The notes: generated by a model not told the origin, from the letters alone. 64,000 nt of DNA from Myxococcota bacterium (GCA_039030515.1 JBCCEA010000006.1:64001-128000); one strand, 5' to 3'; positions 29,164-39,642 are shown, counted from the first letter of the stretch. Numbers and translations: made by a program.

Positions 29164-30102
29164 GTGGCCACCACCATGATCGACGCATCCATCTCTCTTG
29201 CGGCCAAAGAGCCTACAGGACGCACATGGGAGCGCTATCTTGGCGTGCTTCTAAGCATATGGCTTTTTGGGTCGAACCCCGCACCGTCGGCGGCGCAGGA
29301 CCAGCAAGAAGAGACGCCTTCTCCGGCTGACTTTTCGACCGCTGAGGATCACGTTTCGACCGAGATGAACGATTCAGCGCGTCGCGCGTTCGCCGTAGCG
29401 CTGCGGGCTGCGCAGGAAGAACGTTGGGCGGATGCAGAAGCTGGATTTCGTCGCTCTTACGCGCTCAGCGGTGCTCGAGTGGCCCTGTTCAATCGGGCGA
29501 TGGCGCTCCGTGCGATGGGTCGAGACCTGGAAGCTCACGATGCGTTTGTAGACGTTCTCGAGGAGCATGGGCTCGAGGACGAAGCCGCTCGAGCTTGGAC
29601 CGAAAACGCGATCGTCGAGCTCAAGGCGAGGATCGCTACCCTGATCCTGGAAGATCTTGCGTCCGAGGTGCGCTTTCGCATCGTTGTCGACGGGAGCGAT
29701 GTGCTCGATCCAGGTCAGCGTCCTATTCCCATCAGGCTCAATGCAGGACGTCATAGTGTGCTGGTGCGTGCTGATGGATACGAACCCTTTATTTGGAGCG
29801 GATCGGTTCCTGGTGGAAATGTACAAAGCCTTCACGTACGGATGCAGGCTCTGAGTCCAGAACAGGTGGTCGATCTGGAGCAAGCGGTTGGTTCAGCGCC
29901 ATCCGGTAGCTCGGGGCCGGATGTCACTGCTGCGCTCCTTCTTGTCGACGAGGACGAAAAGCGTCCAACCTATCGCAATCCCTGGCTTTGGGGAACGGTG
30001 GGCACGGTGGTACTTGCCGGCATTGCCGTCGGACTTTGGTTGGGACTCAGGGATACAGACGATGACGGGACGATGCCGCTCGCTCCAGGTCCAACGCTCT
30101 AA
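29164..30102 (+). CDS. TPR plus PEGA-like domain membrane-anchored protein
   Basis: Signal peptide, TPR (LFNRAMALRAMGR), PEGA-like LNAGRHSVLVRADGYEP, and C-terminal TM PWLWGTVGTVVLAG. Confidence 0.75.
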   Translation: MATTMIDASISLAAKEPTGRTWERYLGVLLSIWLFGSNPAPSAAQDQQEETPSPADFSTAEDHVSTEMNDSARRAFAVALRAAQEERWADAEAGFRRSYALSGARVALFNRAMALRAMGRDLEAHDAFVDVLEEHGLEDEAARAWTENAIVELKARIATLILEDLASEVRFRIVVDGSDVLDPGQRPIPIRLNAGRHSVLVRADGYEPFIWSGSVPGGNVQSLHVRMQALSPEQVVDLEQAVGSAPSGSSGPDVTAALLLVDEDEKRPTYRNPWLWGTVGTVVLAGIAVGLWLGLRDTDDDGTMPLAPGPTL

Positions 30103-30153
30103 TCGGTTTCCGCTTTTCAATTCGAAAAACAGATCTGCTAGCCTCTGCCCCTA

Positions 30154-30858
30154 ATGGCGACAGCGATGATCCAGCATGATCCGGACGAGTTTCGTCGCGG
30201 TAACGTACTGGGCAGCTCAGGGGTTTTGGCGAAGCTTGCCGATACAAGCTTTTCGAAGATCCTTCAGAGCAGCAAGCTCTACATCGTCAAGCGACTGGTC
30301 GCGCTCGACCTTGGCAATACGATCGCAGTTCTGGGTGCAGGGCGGGTTCGAATCGCACGCTCCAACGACACGGGGCACGTTCGATGGGTGGTTAGCGATT
30401 TTCGCAGACCTGGCGATCTGGTGGGAGAGGAGATTCTGGTCGGCCCTCCGCTAGGCAATGAATACATGATGGCGGAGCTCGGTGAGGTCGTTTTGATTCC
30501 CCGAGAGGTTCTCGCAGAGCTTCTATCGACGGATATCGGTTTTACGCGGGCTTTTCTCAAATACACCGCGCGACATCGGTTTCGAATGCAGAGTCGCTTT
30601 GAAGCGCTACTCACGCGGACCATCGAGAGCCGAATCGCCGCCTTTCTGTTGGAGGAAGCTCAGCGAGACGGTGTGCGAACGGGTTCGGGAATCAGGCTGC
30701 GCTGGAAATACACGCATGAAGAAATGGCGAGCTATATCGGCTCGACTCGCGAAACGCTCACCTCAACTTTGGGGGTGTTCAAGCGTGCCGGTTTGATCCG
30801 CTTTGAGCGTCGCTATGTCGTCGTCATCGATCGAGAGGCTCTCGAATCGAGGTCGTAG
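30154..30858 (+). CDS. Crp/Fnr family transcriptional regulator (MrpC-like)
   Basis: cNMP-like domain (PGDLVGE) and HTH THEEMASYIGSTRETLT. Confidence 0.88.
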   Translation: MATAMIQHDPDEFRRGNVLGSSGVLAKLADTSFSKILQSSKLYIVKRLVALDLGNTIAVLGAGRVRIARSNDTGHVRWVVSDFRRPGDLVGEEILVGPPLGNEYMMAELGEVVLIPREVLAELLSTDIGFTRAFLKYTARHRFRMQSRFEALLTRTIESRIAAFLLEEAQRDGVRTGSGIRLRWKYTHEEMASYIGSTRETLTSTLGVFKRAGLIRFERRYVVVIDREALESRS

Positions 30859-30968
30859 CTGGGCATGGTGCGAACGGTGCAGAGCAAACAGGCGAGTAGC
30901 GGCTGTCTCGCAGAAAGCCCGCCGTTCGCTTGAGTGTTGCGCGCCAGTCTTCGAACACTGCTTCATCT

Positions 30969-32753
30969 TCACCGTAGTGTTATCGTCGTCTTTTTAGGGA
31001 TGTGGTCGGGCCCTACCCAACAGAAGACCTTATAGGTTTTGTTGTTGTGAGCGTGCTTGCCTATGGCGATGACGGTGTGGTCCCTGCCCTCAGAATCAGT
31101 TTTGATGAAGACGGTAAAGCCGCGGCTCCCGGGGCAGGTCACATGGCGGACGCGATCCATCGTGTGCACCAATCTCTGGGTGGCTTCCGGTAGCACACCT
31201 CCATCCACCCGATCTTGTTGCCCTCGACTTGCACTTAACTTGTTCAGGATCTGATCGGAAACCCGGTCTACATAGCGAAGAGGTCGATTGGTGCATACGG
31301 CCCCGCACGATGACCAAAAGCGGTTGTTCTCATCGCCCCAGCATAGCCGCTGTCCAGGGCATTGGGAGCCTTGCGGCAAAAGAGGACGAGCGCTGGGCGT
31401 TGTCGGTCCACGGGTCTTTCTTTTCGACTTTCTAGGCGGGCCGGGGGCTGCGCTTGTCGGGCCCGGGCCGGCAGCGGTTGGTGCCACGTGTAGAGCCACC
31501 GGCGGAGGAAGCGCAGAGGCGCCGCCCTTGACAGAATCCACCGCATGCGCTGATGGCGGGGCGTCGTTTGAAATCGGTCTTTGCGGCTGGAGAGCTCCTG
31601 CGGGCACTACTGTTTTGGCTTGGAGCGGATAGGAGCGTCGGGCATCGATCCCGCGGGCCATTCTTTGAATCTCTCTGGCCGCGGCGTATTGATCCTCAAG
31701 TTTGGCTACCTCCTCTAGGATGCTATCCAGCCGGGCTTCCGCACGGCTAAAGCCCTCTTTCGCCTCTTTCGATATTTGTTTGATGCGCTCGATGTGCCAG
31801 TCGTCGAGTTTGTCATACGAGAATGCCGTGACTGCTTGTTTGCGTGCCGTAAAAGCGTGCGCGTATAGAGGTTCAACGGACTGGAAGATACTCTCGAGTT
31901 CGGTCCAGTGTCTCACGAGCTCCTTGCCCAAAGGAGCGTTCAAAAGATATGGCGAATCGTGTGCGAATCTAAATCGGCCAAACCGTCGAAAGAGAGCATG
32001 TGCCCAGCTCAACGGTACAAAGGGGGCGATCACGTGTGGAACGATACCGCCGTAGCAAAGCCTGGGTCGACGCTCGGCTGTTCCCGGGTTCGCACTTTTG
32101 AACCCCTTGTCCCAGAGGTCTCCTATGGCGACGCTGGTAACCAAGAACGTAACGATGAGGTCCTCATGGGCATCCTCAATCTCGGCTGCATACGCATAGA
32201 ACTGGTCTAAACAGCCTTCACGAACCGAACTGCCTACCGAGCACAACGCCTCTTGCATCGCCTTTAGAGAGTCCTGCCGAGAGGCCTTGTGAAATGCGAT
32301 TTTGAGGACTTGCGCCTCACACCAGACAAACTGCAGATGAGATAGCGCAGATGGGCTCTTGTCGTGGTATTCTTTCGTAAGTTTCCTCAACGCAAATGCA
32401 AGTTTTTTGATTCGCTCTCGGAGGCACTGCGCCAGAGTCAACCACGATCGATCTGAACATCTGGAATCGTTGGTATTTACCTTTAGTTGCCCCGAAAGTG
32501 TCTTGAGAGACTCTTGGATATCCCCTAGTTCTTTTGCGGCACACTGCGTGACGTGAATCTGGGACTTTCGAATGTAGTCAGGATACTCTGAAGACGAAGC
32601 TTCTACGAAGTAGAGATTTAGACGGAAATTTGGCTCTACATGCTCTGTAGGTATGCGCCATTCGCCAGACTGTTGCAGATGCTCTTTGATCCCATCGATC
32701 ACCTTCACGAACGGCGAAATTTGGGGCGTTGAAGGGTTTTTTCGATGGGGCAT
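30969..32753 (-). CDS. Orphan 594-aa protein: helical/coiled-coil body, Pro-rich basic linker, small C-terminal alpha/beta domain
   Basis: Long ORF with no recognised motifs, inserted between the Crp regulator and the ferredoxin. Confidence 0.7.
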   Translation of the reverse strand: MPHRKNPSTPQISPFVKVIDGIKEHLQQSGEWRIPTEHVEPNFRLNLYFVEASSSEYPDYIRKSQIHVTQCAAKELGDIQESLKTLSGQLKVNTNDSRCSDRSWLTLAQCLRERIKKLAFALRKLTKEYHDKSPSALSHLQFVWCEAQVLKIAFHKASRQDSLKAMQEALCSVGSSVREGCLDQFYAYAAEIEDAHEDLIVTFLVTSVAIGDLWDKGFKSANPGTAERRPRLCYGGIVPHVIAPFVPLSWAHALFRRFGRFRFAHDSPYLLNAPLGKELVRHWTELESIFQSVEPLYAHAFTARKQAVTAFSYDKLDDWHIERIKQISKEAKEGFSRAEARLDSILEEVAKLEDQYAAAREIQRMARGIDARRSYPLQAKTVVPAGALQPQRPISNDAPPSAHAVDSVKGGASALPPPVALHVAPTAAGPGPTSAAPGPPRKSKRKTRGPTTPSARPLLPQGSQCPGQRLCWGDENNRFWSSCGAVCTNRPLRYVDRVSDQILNKLSASRGQQDRVDGGVLPEATQRLVHTMDRVRHVTCPGSRGFTVFIKTDSEGRDHTVIAIGKHAHNNKTYKVFCWVGPDHIPKKTTITLR

Positions 32754-32866
32754 GCGCAGCAGTCACGAGCCCAGATTGGAGGTGACCTCCACCAAGGATA
32801 TTCCGCCGCCCTACCTTATGCCAGCGCAGCACGTCTGACTGCCAGCCACCGATTGCAGGGCTTGAA

Positions 32867-33166
32867 CTAAACCGGTTCGACTACGGTGAGGACCACATCG
32901 GCGTCTTTTCGGAGCCTCAGTTGACAGGCAAGTCGGACATCCGGACCGTCGCCAAAGACATCGAGAACTTCTTGCTCGTCGTCTTCGGCTGGCTCGAACG
33001 CGTCACGATCTTCAGGCCTTACAAACACTCTGCAGGTGCCGCAACTGGAACTACGACACGAGTACGGCACATTTGTGGCGGGAGTTTCGTCGGTGATATC
33101 GAGGACATTGGCTCCCGAGGACGCCAAACACGTGATGCCGGCAGGTTCGAATCGAATCGTTCCCAT
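32867..33166 (-). CDS. 2Fe-2S ferredoxin
   Basis: CRSSSCGTC...RLACQ. Confidence 0.92.
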   Translation of the reverse strand: MGTIRFEPAGITCLASSGANVLDITDETPATNVPYSCRSSSCGTCRVFVRPEDRDAFEPAEDDEQEVLDVFGDGPDVRLACQLRLRKDADVVLTVVEPV

Positions 33167-33344
33167 AGGATATCGCTACTAGGCCCGGCCGATCGAGTCG
33201 TCAAGGGGTCTCTTGTCAGGGGAGGAACGCGGCCTCCTGAATTGCGCTGTTTGCGCTAAACTCGTTGGAATGGTCGTCTTGAGCCCAGAGATTCGTACTT
33301 GCGGTTGTATTGGGAGTCCTTGAAGTTCGAGAGAGTGGGTAGCG

Positions 33345-36300
33345 ATGCGTGATGACCTCGAGTTCCTGCGTGGCGCACTCGAACGCCTTTTTGAGCTTGA
33401 AGAGCTGATCGCGATGACCTCTAGTCTTCTGGGCATGAATCCGGCAGAGCTCGAAGGCATGTCGAACAAGGCCGCGTTTGTTCGATCGCTTGTCGAACGC
33501 TGCGCGGCCGAGCACCGCCTTGAGGCACTAGTCGACGCCATCCAGTTGTCCTCTTCTGACTCGGATTCTTTTCAGGGGCTGACGGCGATCGGTAGGGCGA
33601 TAGGGCCGCAGCTGCCTCCGGGCGCAGAACTAGGTTCGTTTCGGATTCTAAGCCTGCTTGAGGCAGATCGCCTGAGCGTTACCTACCTCGCCGAAAGAGT
33701 GCGAGAGGCGGCGGCCGAGCTTCGCCTTGCGCATGGTGAGCACGTCGCGATCAAGGTCTTGGGTTCGAGAATCTCCAAGGATCGCAGTGCGGTGAATCGA
33801 TATCTGACCGCGCAACGTGCCTGCAGCGAGCTTCGCAGTCTCCATCTTCCAACGGTTTATGAAGTCGGCTGGACCGAGGACGGCCGGGCCTGGGTGGCAT
33901 CGACCTATCTCGAAGGGCCGACCTTGGCAGACCGCCTCCGTCAGGTTGGTGCCTTTTGCTGGAACGAGGTGGCAGAGGCGCTTCGAGGTGTTCTTGCGGG
34001 TCTGAAAGACCTGCACGCTCGGGGTCTCGTTCATGGTGACGTGAACCCTCAGAACATCCGACTCGTCTGGCCTGCGGAGCGAGATCGAATCCTCTGTCCA
34101 AGCGATGAGACCAAGAGCCTCGAGTTGACGACAGACCGGCAGTCTCCACATGCACGCCCGACAGGGGCTCTGGTAGGCGCTGCGCTCGACCGTCTCTTCG
34201 CCTACGGAATCAACTCTGTGGTTCGGTACATCGCGCCTGAGGTCGCTCGCGGGGAAGGTGCTTCCCCGGGGTCCGACCTCTATCAGTTTGGAGCGACGGT
34301 ATTCGAGAGCCTCACGGCAGTTGCCCCTTGTTCGACTCCCCTGTTTTCGGCCGATGTGCAGGATCCTTCGAGACACCGGCCGGCCACGCCGATCGACCTG
34401 GCTCCGAGCGGCGGGGTTTCCCAAGAGCTTTCAGATCTCGTGATGCGAGCCCTTTCCCCAAATCCCTCAGACCGTCCGGATGCCAATGCGTTTCTTGAGG
34501 CGCTCAAGGCGTTGAGTGAACCGGAACCACCCCCCGTCGATGCGCATTCTGAGGACCACGCTCCAGTGGAGTTACCCGGCGATCTAATGGATGCGGAACT
34601 TCTGCTCGAACGGCTGGAGCGAACCGAAGACGACGCGAAGCGGATCCCGATGCTCCGTGATCTCGCGCGGATCTATGAACGTGAGCCGAACGCCGCTGCT
34701 CAAGCGCTGCTCGTTTGGGTCCAGCTGCTGATACTCGATCCCAAAGACGAACGAGCGGTTCCTGCGATCGAGCGTCTTGCGTCGACGCCGGAGCTTTGGA
34801 ACGAAGCGATCGCGATGCTCCACGAAGCCATTGCGGAACTCGACCCATCCGATCAAGCTCGGATCTACCTACTGATGGGACGGTGGTACGCCGAGCATCT
34901 GCATCGTCCCGATTTTGCCCTTCCTTGTTTTACCGAGGCCCTGACGCGAGACCCTTCCTCGGCCGAGGCGCTGCAGTCCACGATCGCGCTTCACCGGGAT
35001 GCGCAGTCTTTTCCAGAGCTGGCTCACGCCTACCTTCAGCGTGCTGCCCGGGCAAGGCACCCGGCGAACGCGCGAGACGACCGAGTCAAGGCTGCCCGAG
35101 TGATCTTGGAGCATTTGAACGATGAGGACCGTGCGGTTCGACTGCTTCAGGAGGTGCTTTCAGAGGACACGCTGCATCCGGCTGCGGGTGCGCTTTTGCA
35201 GCAGTACTATCTACACTCCAAGCGTTGGCGTGAACTGGCACTCCTTTTTGAGGCCCGAGCGCAAGACCAAACCCCAGAGTCCAGGGTGCGCACCCTGCTG
35301 AGCCTGGGCGAGGTGTTTGAGGATCACCTGGACGACGTCCCGCGGGCGACAGCAACCTATGAACGCGTTCTTTCGATTGTCCCCCATCATATGGACGCCC
35401 TGAAGGGTCTAGAGCGCACGTACGCCCAGAGCGGCCAGGTTTCTCAGCTGCTCGAAAGTCTTGGGGCGCAGCTCGATTGGGTGGCGACTCCTCGGGAGCG
35501 CATCGCACTCCTCGAGCGTATTGGGGCCATCTGGGAGCAAGAATTTGTCGATGAAGGTAGGGCGCTGGCGGCCTTTGAGCAGATCGTCGCCATCGAACCA
35601 GGACACGAAGCCGCCAATCGGGTGCTCACCCGCATCTACCGCAAAAGCGGCGATCTTTTGGCGCTTGCCGACACACTTGAGCGTCGAGCGCAAGCCGCTG
35701 AAAGTGCGACCCAAGAGGCGGGGCTCTTGCTTCAAGCGGCGCACCTGCTGACCGATGAGCCGGACGCCGCCGACCGAGCAAACCAACTCTGCGAGCGCGT
35801 TCTCAGGCTTCACGAAGACGACGTAGATGCGCTGTCGCTTGTGGCGAAGCTCAAATCCAAAGCTGGAGCGATCGACTCCGCCGTACACGTTCTCGACCGT
35901 TTGGCGACCATGCATGACGACCCTTGTGAGAGGGCGGAGTACTGGATCCGGTCAGGCGCGCTTCTCGCCGGGTCGGGCGGTGATGAGGACGCGGCGATCG
36001 AGCGGTTCAAGCGAGCGCTGGATGCGGATCCGGCGAATCAGACCGCGATGTTAGCGCTTCGAGAGCGATTTGAGGCTCGGGGTGACTTCTTAAGTGTTGC
36101 TGCGCTGCTAGAGAAAGAACTAGAGCACACTGCAGGGGACCTCCGGCGCGCGAGGCTTCTTGCGGATCTAGGGGCACGCTATGCGCACGACCTCCACCAG
36201 CCCGAGAAAGCCAGGGTCGCGTTTGAAGCAGCGCACGCGCTCGACCCTACTGACCTCAGCGCCCCCCTAGAACTCGGGGCGATCGCCTTCGAGGGTGAAG

Positions 36301-38492
36301 ACTGGTTTGAGGTGGTCCGGTGGTACGAGCCGCTCCTGAATCGATTCGGCAGTCTGAATGGGGATGATGCGGTTTCGGTCGGTTTGACGGTTGGCGATGC
36401 TTTTCAAGCGTTGGAAGAGTACGAAAAGGCTCGGCAGGCCTTTGTGCAGGTTCACGCCTTCACGCCGAACCAAAAGGAGAGTTCCGGGCGCCTCGCCAGT
36501 TTGGCCTACGCGAGTGGGTCGCTGGATGAGGCTGCGGAGCTCTACCAAGACTGGCTTGATCGCTATGGCGAAACTCTCGATGACGACGAACGGGGTCTCG
36601 CGCAGCTCCGGCGAGGAGACGCCTTGCGGCAGCTTGGACAGATCGATGAGGCGGTCCAGATTCTTCGCCAGGCAGAAGATCGTATCCCCTGGAGCACGCT
36701 TGCCTTAGAGGCACTGCGACTGTGCTACCGGGCGAGAAACGATCACGCATCGCTCGCTCAGCTGCTTGAGCGACGCCTTGAACGAGCGAGCGACGAAGAG
36801 CGATTCCAGCTTCTGCTCGAGATCGGCGACCTCGCTGCAGAGGAGATGGAAGATCACGAGCGGGCGACGCAATGCTACCTGGCGGCAGCGGAGATCCGTG
36901 AAAACGATCGCAATTTGCTGGCCAGGCTGATGCGGCTGTACGCGCAAACGAAGAGCTGGTCACAACTTGTGGAGGTGCTGCTACGTATCGCGAACCTCGT
37001 CGAAGATGTATCGCAGCGCATCAAGTACCGGGTTACCGCCGCGTCGATTTTGCAGCAAGAGCTCCATCGCTACGGTGACGCTGCAGAGCACTACGAGTAC
37101 GCGTTGGGGATGGACGCTACCGGCCCGCTGAGCCTCTCGCCTCTCGATGCGTCTGAACGAGATGGGTTAGGTCGCAATGGGTTCGATCGTGATGAGTCCG
37201 ATCGCGATGACCCGGATCGCGTCGCCGGTCAGGTCAAGGCCTTTGAAGGGCTCGTCGAATGTCTCACACAGCAACAAGAGTGGGAACGCCTGGTCTCAGT
37301 CTACCGGCGCTATCTTGAGACGCTCGAAGCGCACGGCTCTGCTGAGATGCACCGTGCACACTTGGCGCACAGTTCACACTCGGAAAGAGCCTCCTCCAAC
37401 ATCGCCTCTCACTACGGATCACTTGCGGAGATTCTGCTCGAGCAACTCGATCGTGAAGAGGAAGCCCTCATCGCGCTTGAGCATGCCCGCATGCTCGATC
37501 CTTCGAGTGTGCAGGTCCTGCGCTTGTCGCATCGGGTCTACCTAGCAGCGGGGCGTTTCGACGAGTCCTTTTGTGTGTGCCAAACGCTGCACGCGCTCAA
37601 AAGCGCCGACGAGGCAGAGGAAAAATTCTTTCAGCAGCATCGGCGCAAGCACCCTTTGACGATCGAGAGCACACTGACGACTGAGCTTTTTTGGAGTCAC
37701 GTCGCGCATCCACAGCTCGATCCGCTGCTGACTCAGATCTTCGATCTCATCTGTCCGGCGGTGATCGCAACAACGCATCAAGAACTCTCTCGATTTGAGG
37801 TGGACCTTGCCGAGGTCGATCTCGAAACAGATCCGGCTGAGGTCGTCAAGATGCTCGGCTATGTCTCCAAAGTGATGCAGGTTCCTCTGCCGCCTTTGCA
37901 CTACCGCAAGAGCGATCCGGGCGGTCTGTCAGCGCTTTTTACAAAGCCTCCGGCGATCGGTTTGGGGGCCGGAGTTCTCGCAGGCGGTCCGCCGCCAGCG
38001 CTTGCTTTTGTAGCGGCCCGCCACCTCAGTTTTTTTCGAGACGGGCTGTATTTGAGTCAGTTGCTGCCAAGTGGGCCCCCGCTTCGCTCTTGGCTGATCG
38101 CCGCGATCAAGTCGTCGGTGCCCGAGTTTCCGGCGCCGTCTGCACAAGAAATGCAAATAAACGAGGTGCGCACCAGTCTAGTGCAGCACCTGCCCGCAAA
38201 CCAGAGATCGGAGCTCGACGCCTTGGTCCTCCGACTGATCGAGAGCGCCCGAGCGCTCAACATGAACCAGTGGCTCTTGGCTGTCGATCGAACGGCGGAT
38301 CGAGTGGGATTGTTGTGTTCGGATGATCTGCAGACTGCAGCAGCCGTGATCTCCGCAACCCCAGAGCACTTGGCCCCGTCAGGCCGTGAAGAGCGATTGA
38401 AGGCGCTCTATCTGTACAGTGCTTCCAAGGCCTATCTGCAGCTGCGTCAGAAGCTACATATCGCTCTAAGAATCTCGCCAAACGAGGGGTGA
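33345..38492 (+). CDS. Large Ser/Thr (pseudo)kinase plus TPR-repeat protein
   Basis: VAIK, HGDVNPQN, YIAPE, SDLYQFG, then >1000 aa of TPR-like repeats. Confidence 0.85.
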   Translation: MRDDLEFLRGALERLFELEELIAMTSSLLGMNPAELEGMSNKAAFVRSLVERCAAEHRLEALVDAIQLSSSDSDSFQGLTAIGRAIGPQLPPGAELGSFRILSLLEADRLSVTYLAERVREAAAELRLAHGEHVAIKVLGSRISKDRSAVNRYLTAQRACSELRSLHLPTVYEVGWTEDGRAWVASTYLEGPTLADRLRQVGAFCWNEVAEALRGVLAGLKDLHARGLVHGDVNPQNIRLVWPAERDRILCPSDETKSLELTTDRQSPHARPTGALVGAALDRLFAYGINSVVRYIAPEVARGEGASPGSDLYQFGATVFESLTAVAPCSTPLFSADVQDPSRHRPATPIDLAPSGGVSQELSDLVMRALSPNPSDRPDANAFLEALKALSEPEPPPVDAHSEDHAPVELPGDLMDAELLLERLERTEDDAKRIPMLRDLARIYEREPNAAAQALLVWVQLLILDPKDERAVPAIERLASTPELWNEAIAMLHEAIAELDPSDQARIYLLMGRWYAEHLHRPDFALPCFTEALTRDPSSAEALQSTIALHRDAQSFPELAHAYLQRAARARHPANARDDRVKAARVILEHLNDEDRAVRLLQEVLSEDTLHPAAGALLQQYYLHSKRWRELALLFEARAQDQTPESRVRTLLSLGEVFEDHLDDVPRATATYERVLSIVPHHMDALKGLERTYAQSGQVSQLLESLGAQLDWVATPRERIALLERIGAIWEQEFVDEGRALAAFEQIVAIEPGHEAANRVLTRIYRKSGDLLALADTLERRAQAAESATQEAGLLLQAAHLLTDEPDAADRANQLCERVLRLHEDDVDALSLVAKLKSKAGAIDSAVHVLDRLATMHDDPCERAEYWIRSGALLAGSGGDEDAAIERFKRALDADPANQTAMLALRERFEARGDFLSVAALLEKELEHTAGDLRRARLLADLGARYAHDLHQPEKARVAFEAAHALDPTDLSAPLELGAIAFEGEDWFEVVRWYEPLLNRFGSLNGDDAVSVGLTVGDAFQALEEYEKARQAFVQVHAFTPNQKESSGRLASLAYASGSLDEAAELYQDWLDRYGETLDDDERGLAQLRRGDALRQLGQIDEAVQILRQAEDRIPWSTLALEALRLCYRARNDHASLAQLLERRLERASDEERFQLLLEIGDLAAEEMEDHERATQCYLAAAEIRENDRNLLARLMRLYAQTKSWSQLVEVLLRIANLVEDVSQRIKYRVTAASILQQELHRYGDAAEHYEYALGMDATGPLSLSPLDASERDGLGRNGFDRDESDRDDPDRVAGQVKAFEGLVECLTQQQEWERLVSVYRRYLETLEAHGSAEMHRAHLAHSSHSERASSNIASHYGSLAEILLEQLDREEEALIALEHARMLDPSSVQVLRLSHRVYLAAGRFDESFCVCQTLHALKSADEAEEKFFQQHRRKHPLTIESTLTTELFWSHVAHPQLDPLLTQIFDLICPAVIATTHQELSRFEVDLAEVDLETDPAEVVKMLGYVSKVMQVPLPPLHYRKSDPGGLSALFTKPPAIGLGAGVLAGGPPPALAFVAARHLSFFRDGLYLSQLLPSGPPLRSWLIAAIKSSVPEFPAPSAQEMQINEVRTSLVQHLPANQRSELDALVLRLIESARALNMNQWLLAVDRTADRVGLLCSDDLQTAAAVISATPEHLAPSGREERLKALYLYSASKAYLQLRQKLHIALRISPNEG

Positions 38493-38664
38493 GGCTTCAG
38501 GGAGAGCATAGAGTGCGGCGTTCATAGGCGCATCGATATGCAACGCGAGTTTCCTTGCCTGCCGACCAATATTCTCTTTGCGCTAAGAACGCAAAGGTAG
38601 TGTGTAAACGACCGAAGTCTCGGCTGGTGCACACATAGATATGTGTTAAGCCACATAGCTGTAA

Positions 38665-39570
38665 ATGAATTCATCCCAATCAAATCTGAATGATACTCAC
38701 TATTGGGCTCTATGCTTTCCGCCGTTGGAACCGCATTCGGGAACACCTAAGGAAGTCAATTTTACCTTACAGCATCTGCCTATTACAGCGCTTCCCGACG
38801 GTTGCGGTCCTGGTGAGGGTGACCGTAGCCCATCATGCCATATCTGTTCCAAGCCACTGAACCAAGGGCCTCAGAAAAATGTATCCTGCTCAACCAACGC
38901 GGCGGGTAGCAATATTCCGTACGTGATGCATCGGTGGGATGAAGATCAACCATGGAGCGCCGTCGCATGCGCTTCATGCATCATGAACAGTCGTCGAGTA
39001 CAAACACTAAGGTCACTTGGATACCGGGGTTGGGTCGATTACCAAAGCTCATCTGACGCGCCATCAGTGAATATCCCTCTAGGCCCGCTCACAGAAATAC
39101 TTGACGAAAACACAAATTTCTTGTCGGCCAAATGGGGGAACATCACGGTTTATCCACCAGGAGCTAGCTTGCGCGGGATGGTGCCAGGCGCAACTTGGGA
39201 ATTTAAAGGTCGAGTGACAAACTACGAAAACCCGCTTTCAATTTTGCGGAGACTGGGAATTGATTCACGAACATGCATCGCGTCACTCGCAATGCCGATG
39301 GGCGCAGCAGAGATCTCGCGTGGTGCGACCGGCAGAGCCAACCGGGCACTCAATTTTGTGATCGGCGTTTCGCTGTACATGTTTCTGCTTTCACGATACG
39401 TGCGCATGCGGCCATGGATGCCGCCCGTCGTAACTCAATGGGTAGCTCCCCCATTTGAAGCATTATTCGCCCTCACCGCGCTTCTTGGCTTTTTGATGAG
39501 AACGCTGCCCTACAGAGAACAGCTTTTACAGCTCCCGATGACCTGGACTGCGCGTAAGCACAATCCGTAG
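38665..39570 (+). CDS. Orphan protein with CxxC pairs and two C-terminal hydrophobic helices
   Basis: 301-aa AT-richer ORF with CHIC...CASC and TM-like LNFVIGVSLYMFLL and ALFALTALLGFLM. Confidence 0.6.
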   Translation: MNSSQSNLNDTHYWALCFPPLEPHSGTPKEVNFTLQHLPITALPDGCGPGEGDRSPSCHICSKPLNQGPQKNVSCSTNAAGSNIPYVMHRWDEDQPWSAVACASCIMNSRRVQTLRSLGYRGWVDYQSSSDAPSVNIPLGPLTEILDENTNFLSAKWGNITVYPPGASLRGMVPGATWEFKGRVTNYENPLSILRRLGIDSRTCIASLAMPMGAAEISRGATGRANRALNFVIGVSLYMFLLSRYVRMRPWMPPVVTQWVAPPFEALFALTALLGFLMRTLPYREQLLQLPMTWTARKHNP

Positions 39571-39642
39571 TTCGCTTGGTATCATGCTGTTCCTAGCGAT
39601 GTCTCCTGGGCTCGCTCGTCGTGTGCTAGGTTTTGCTGAGCG

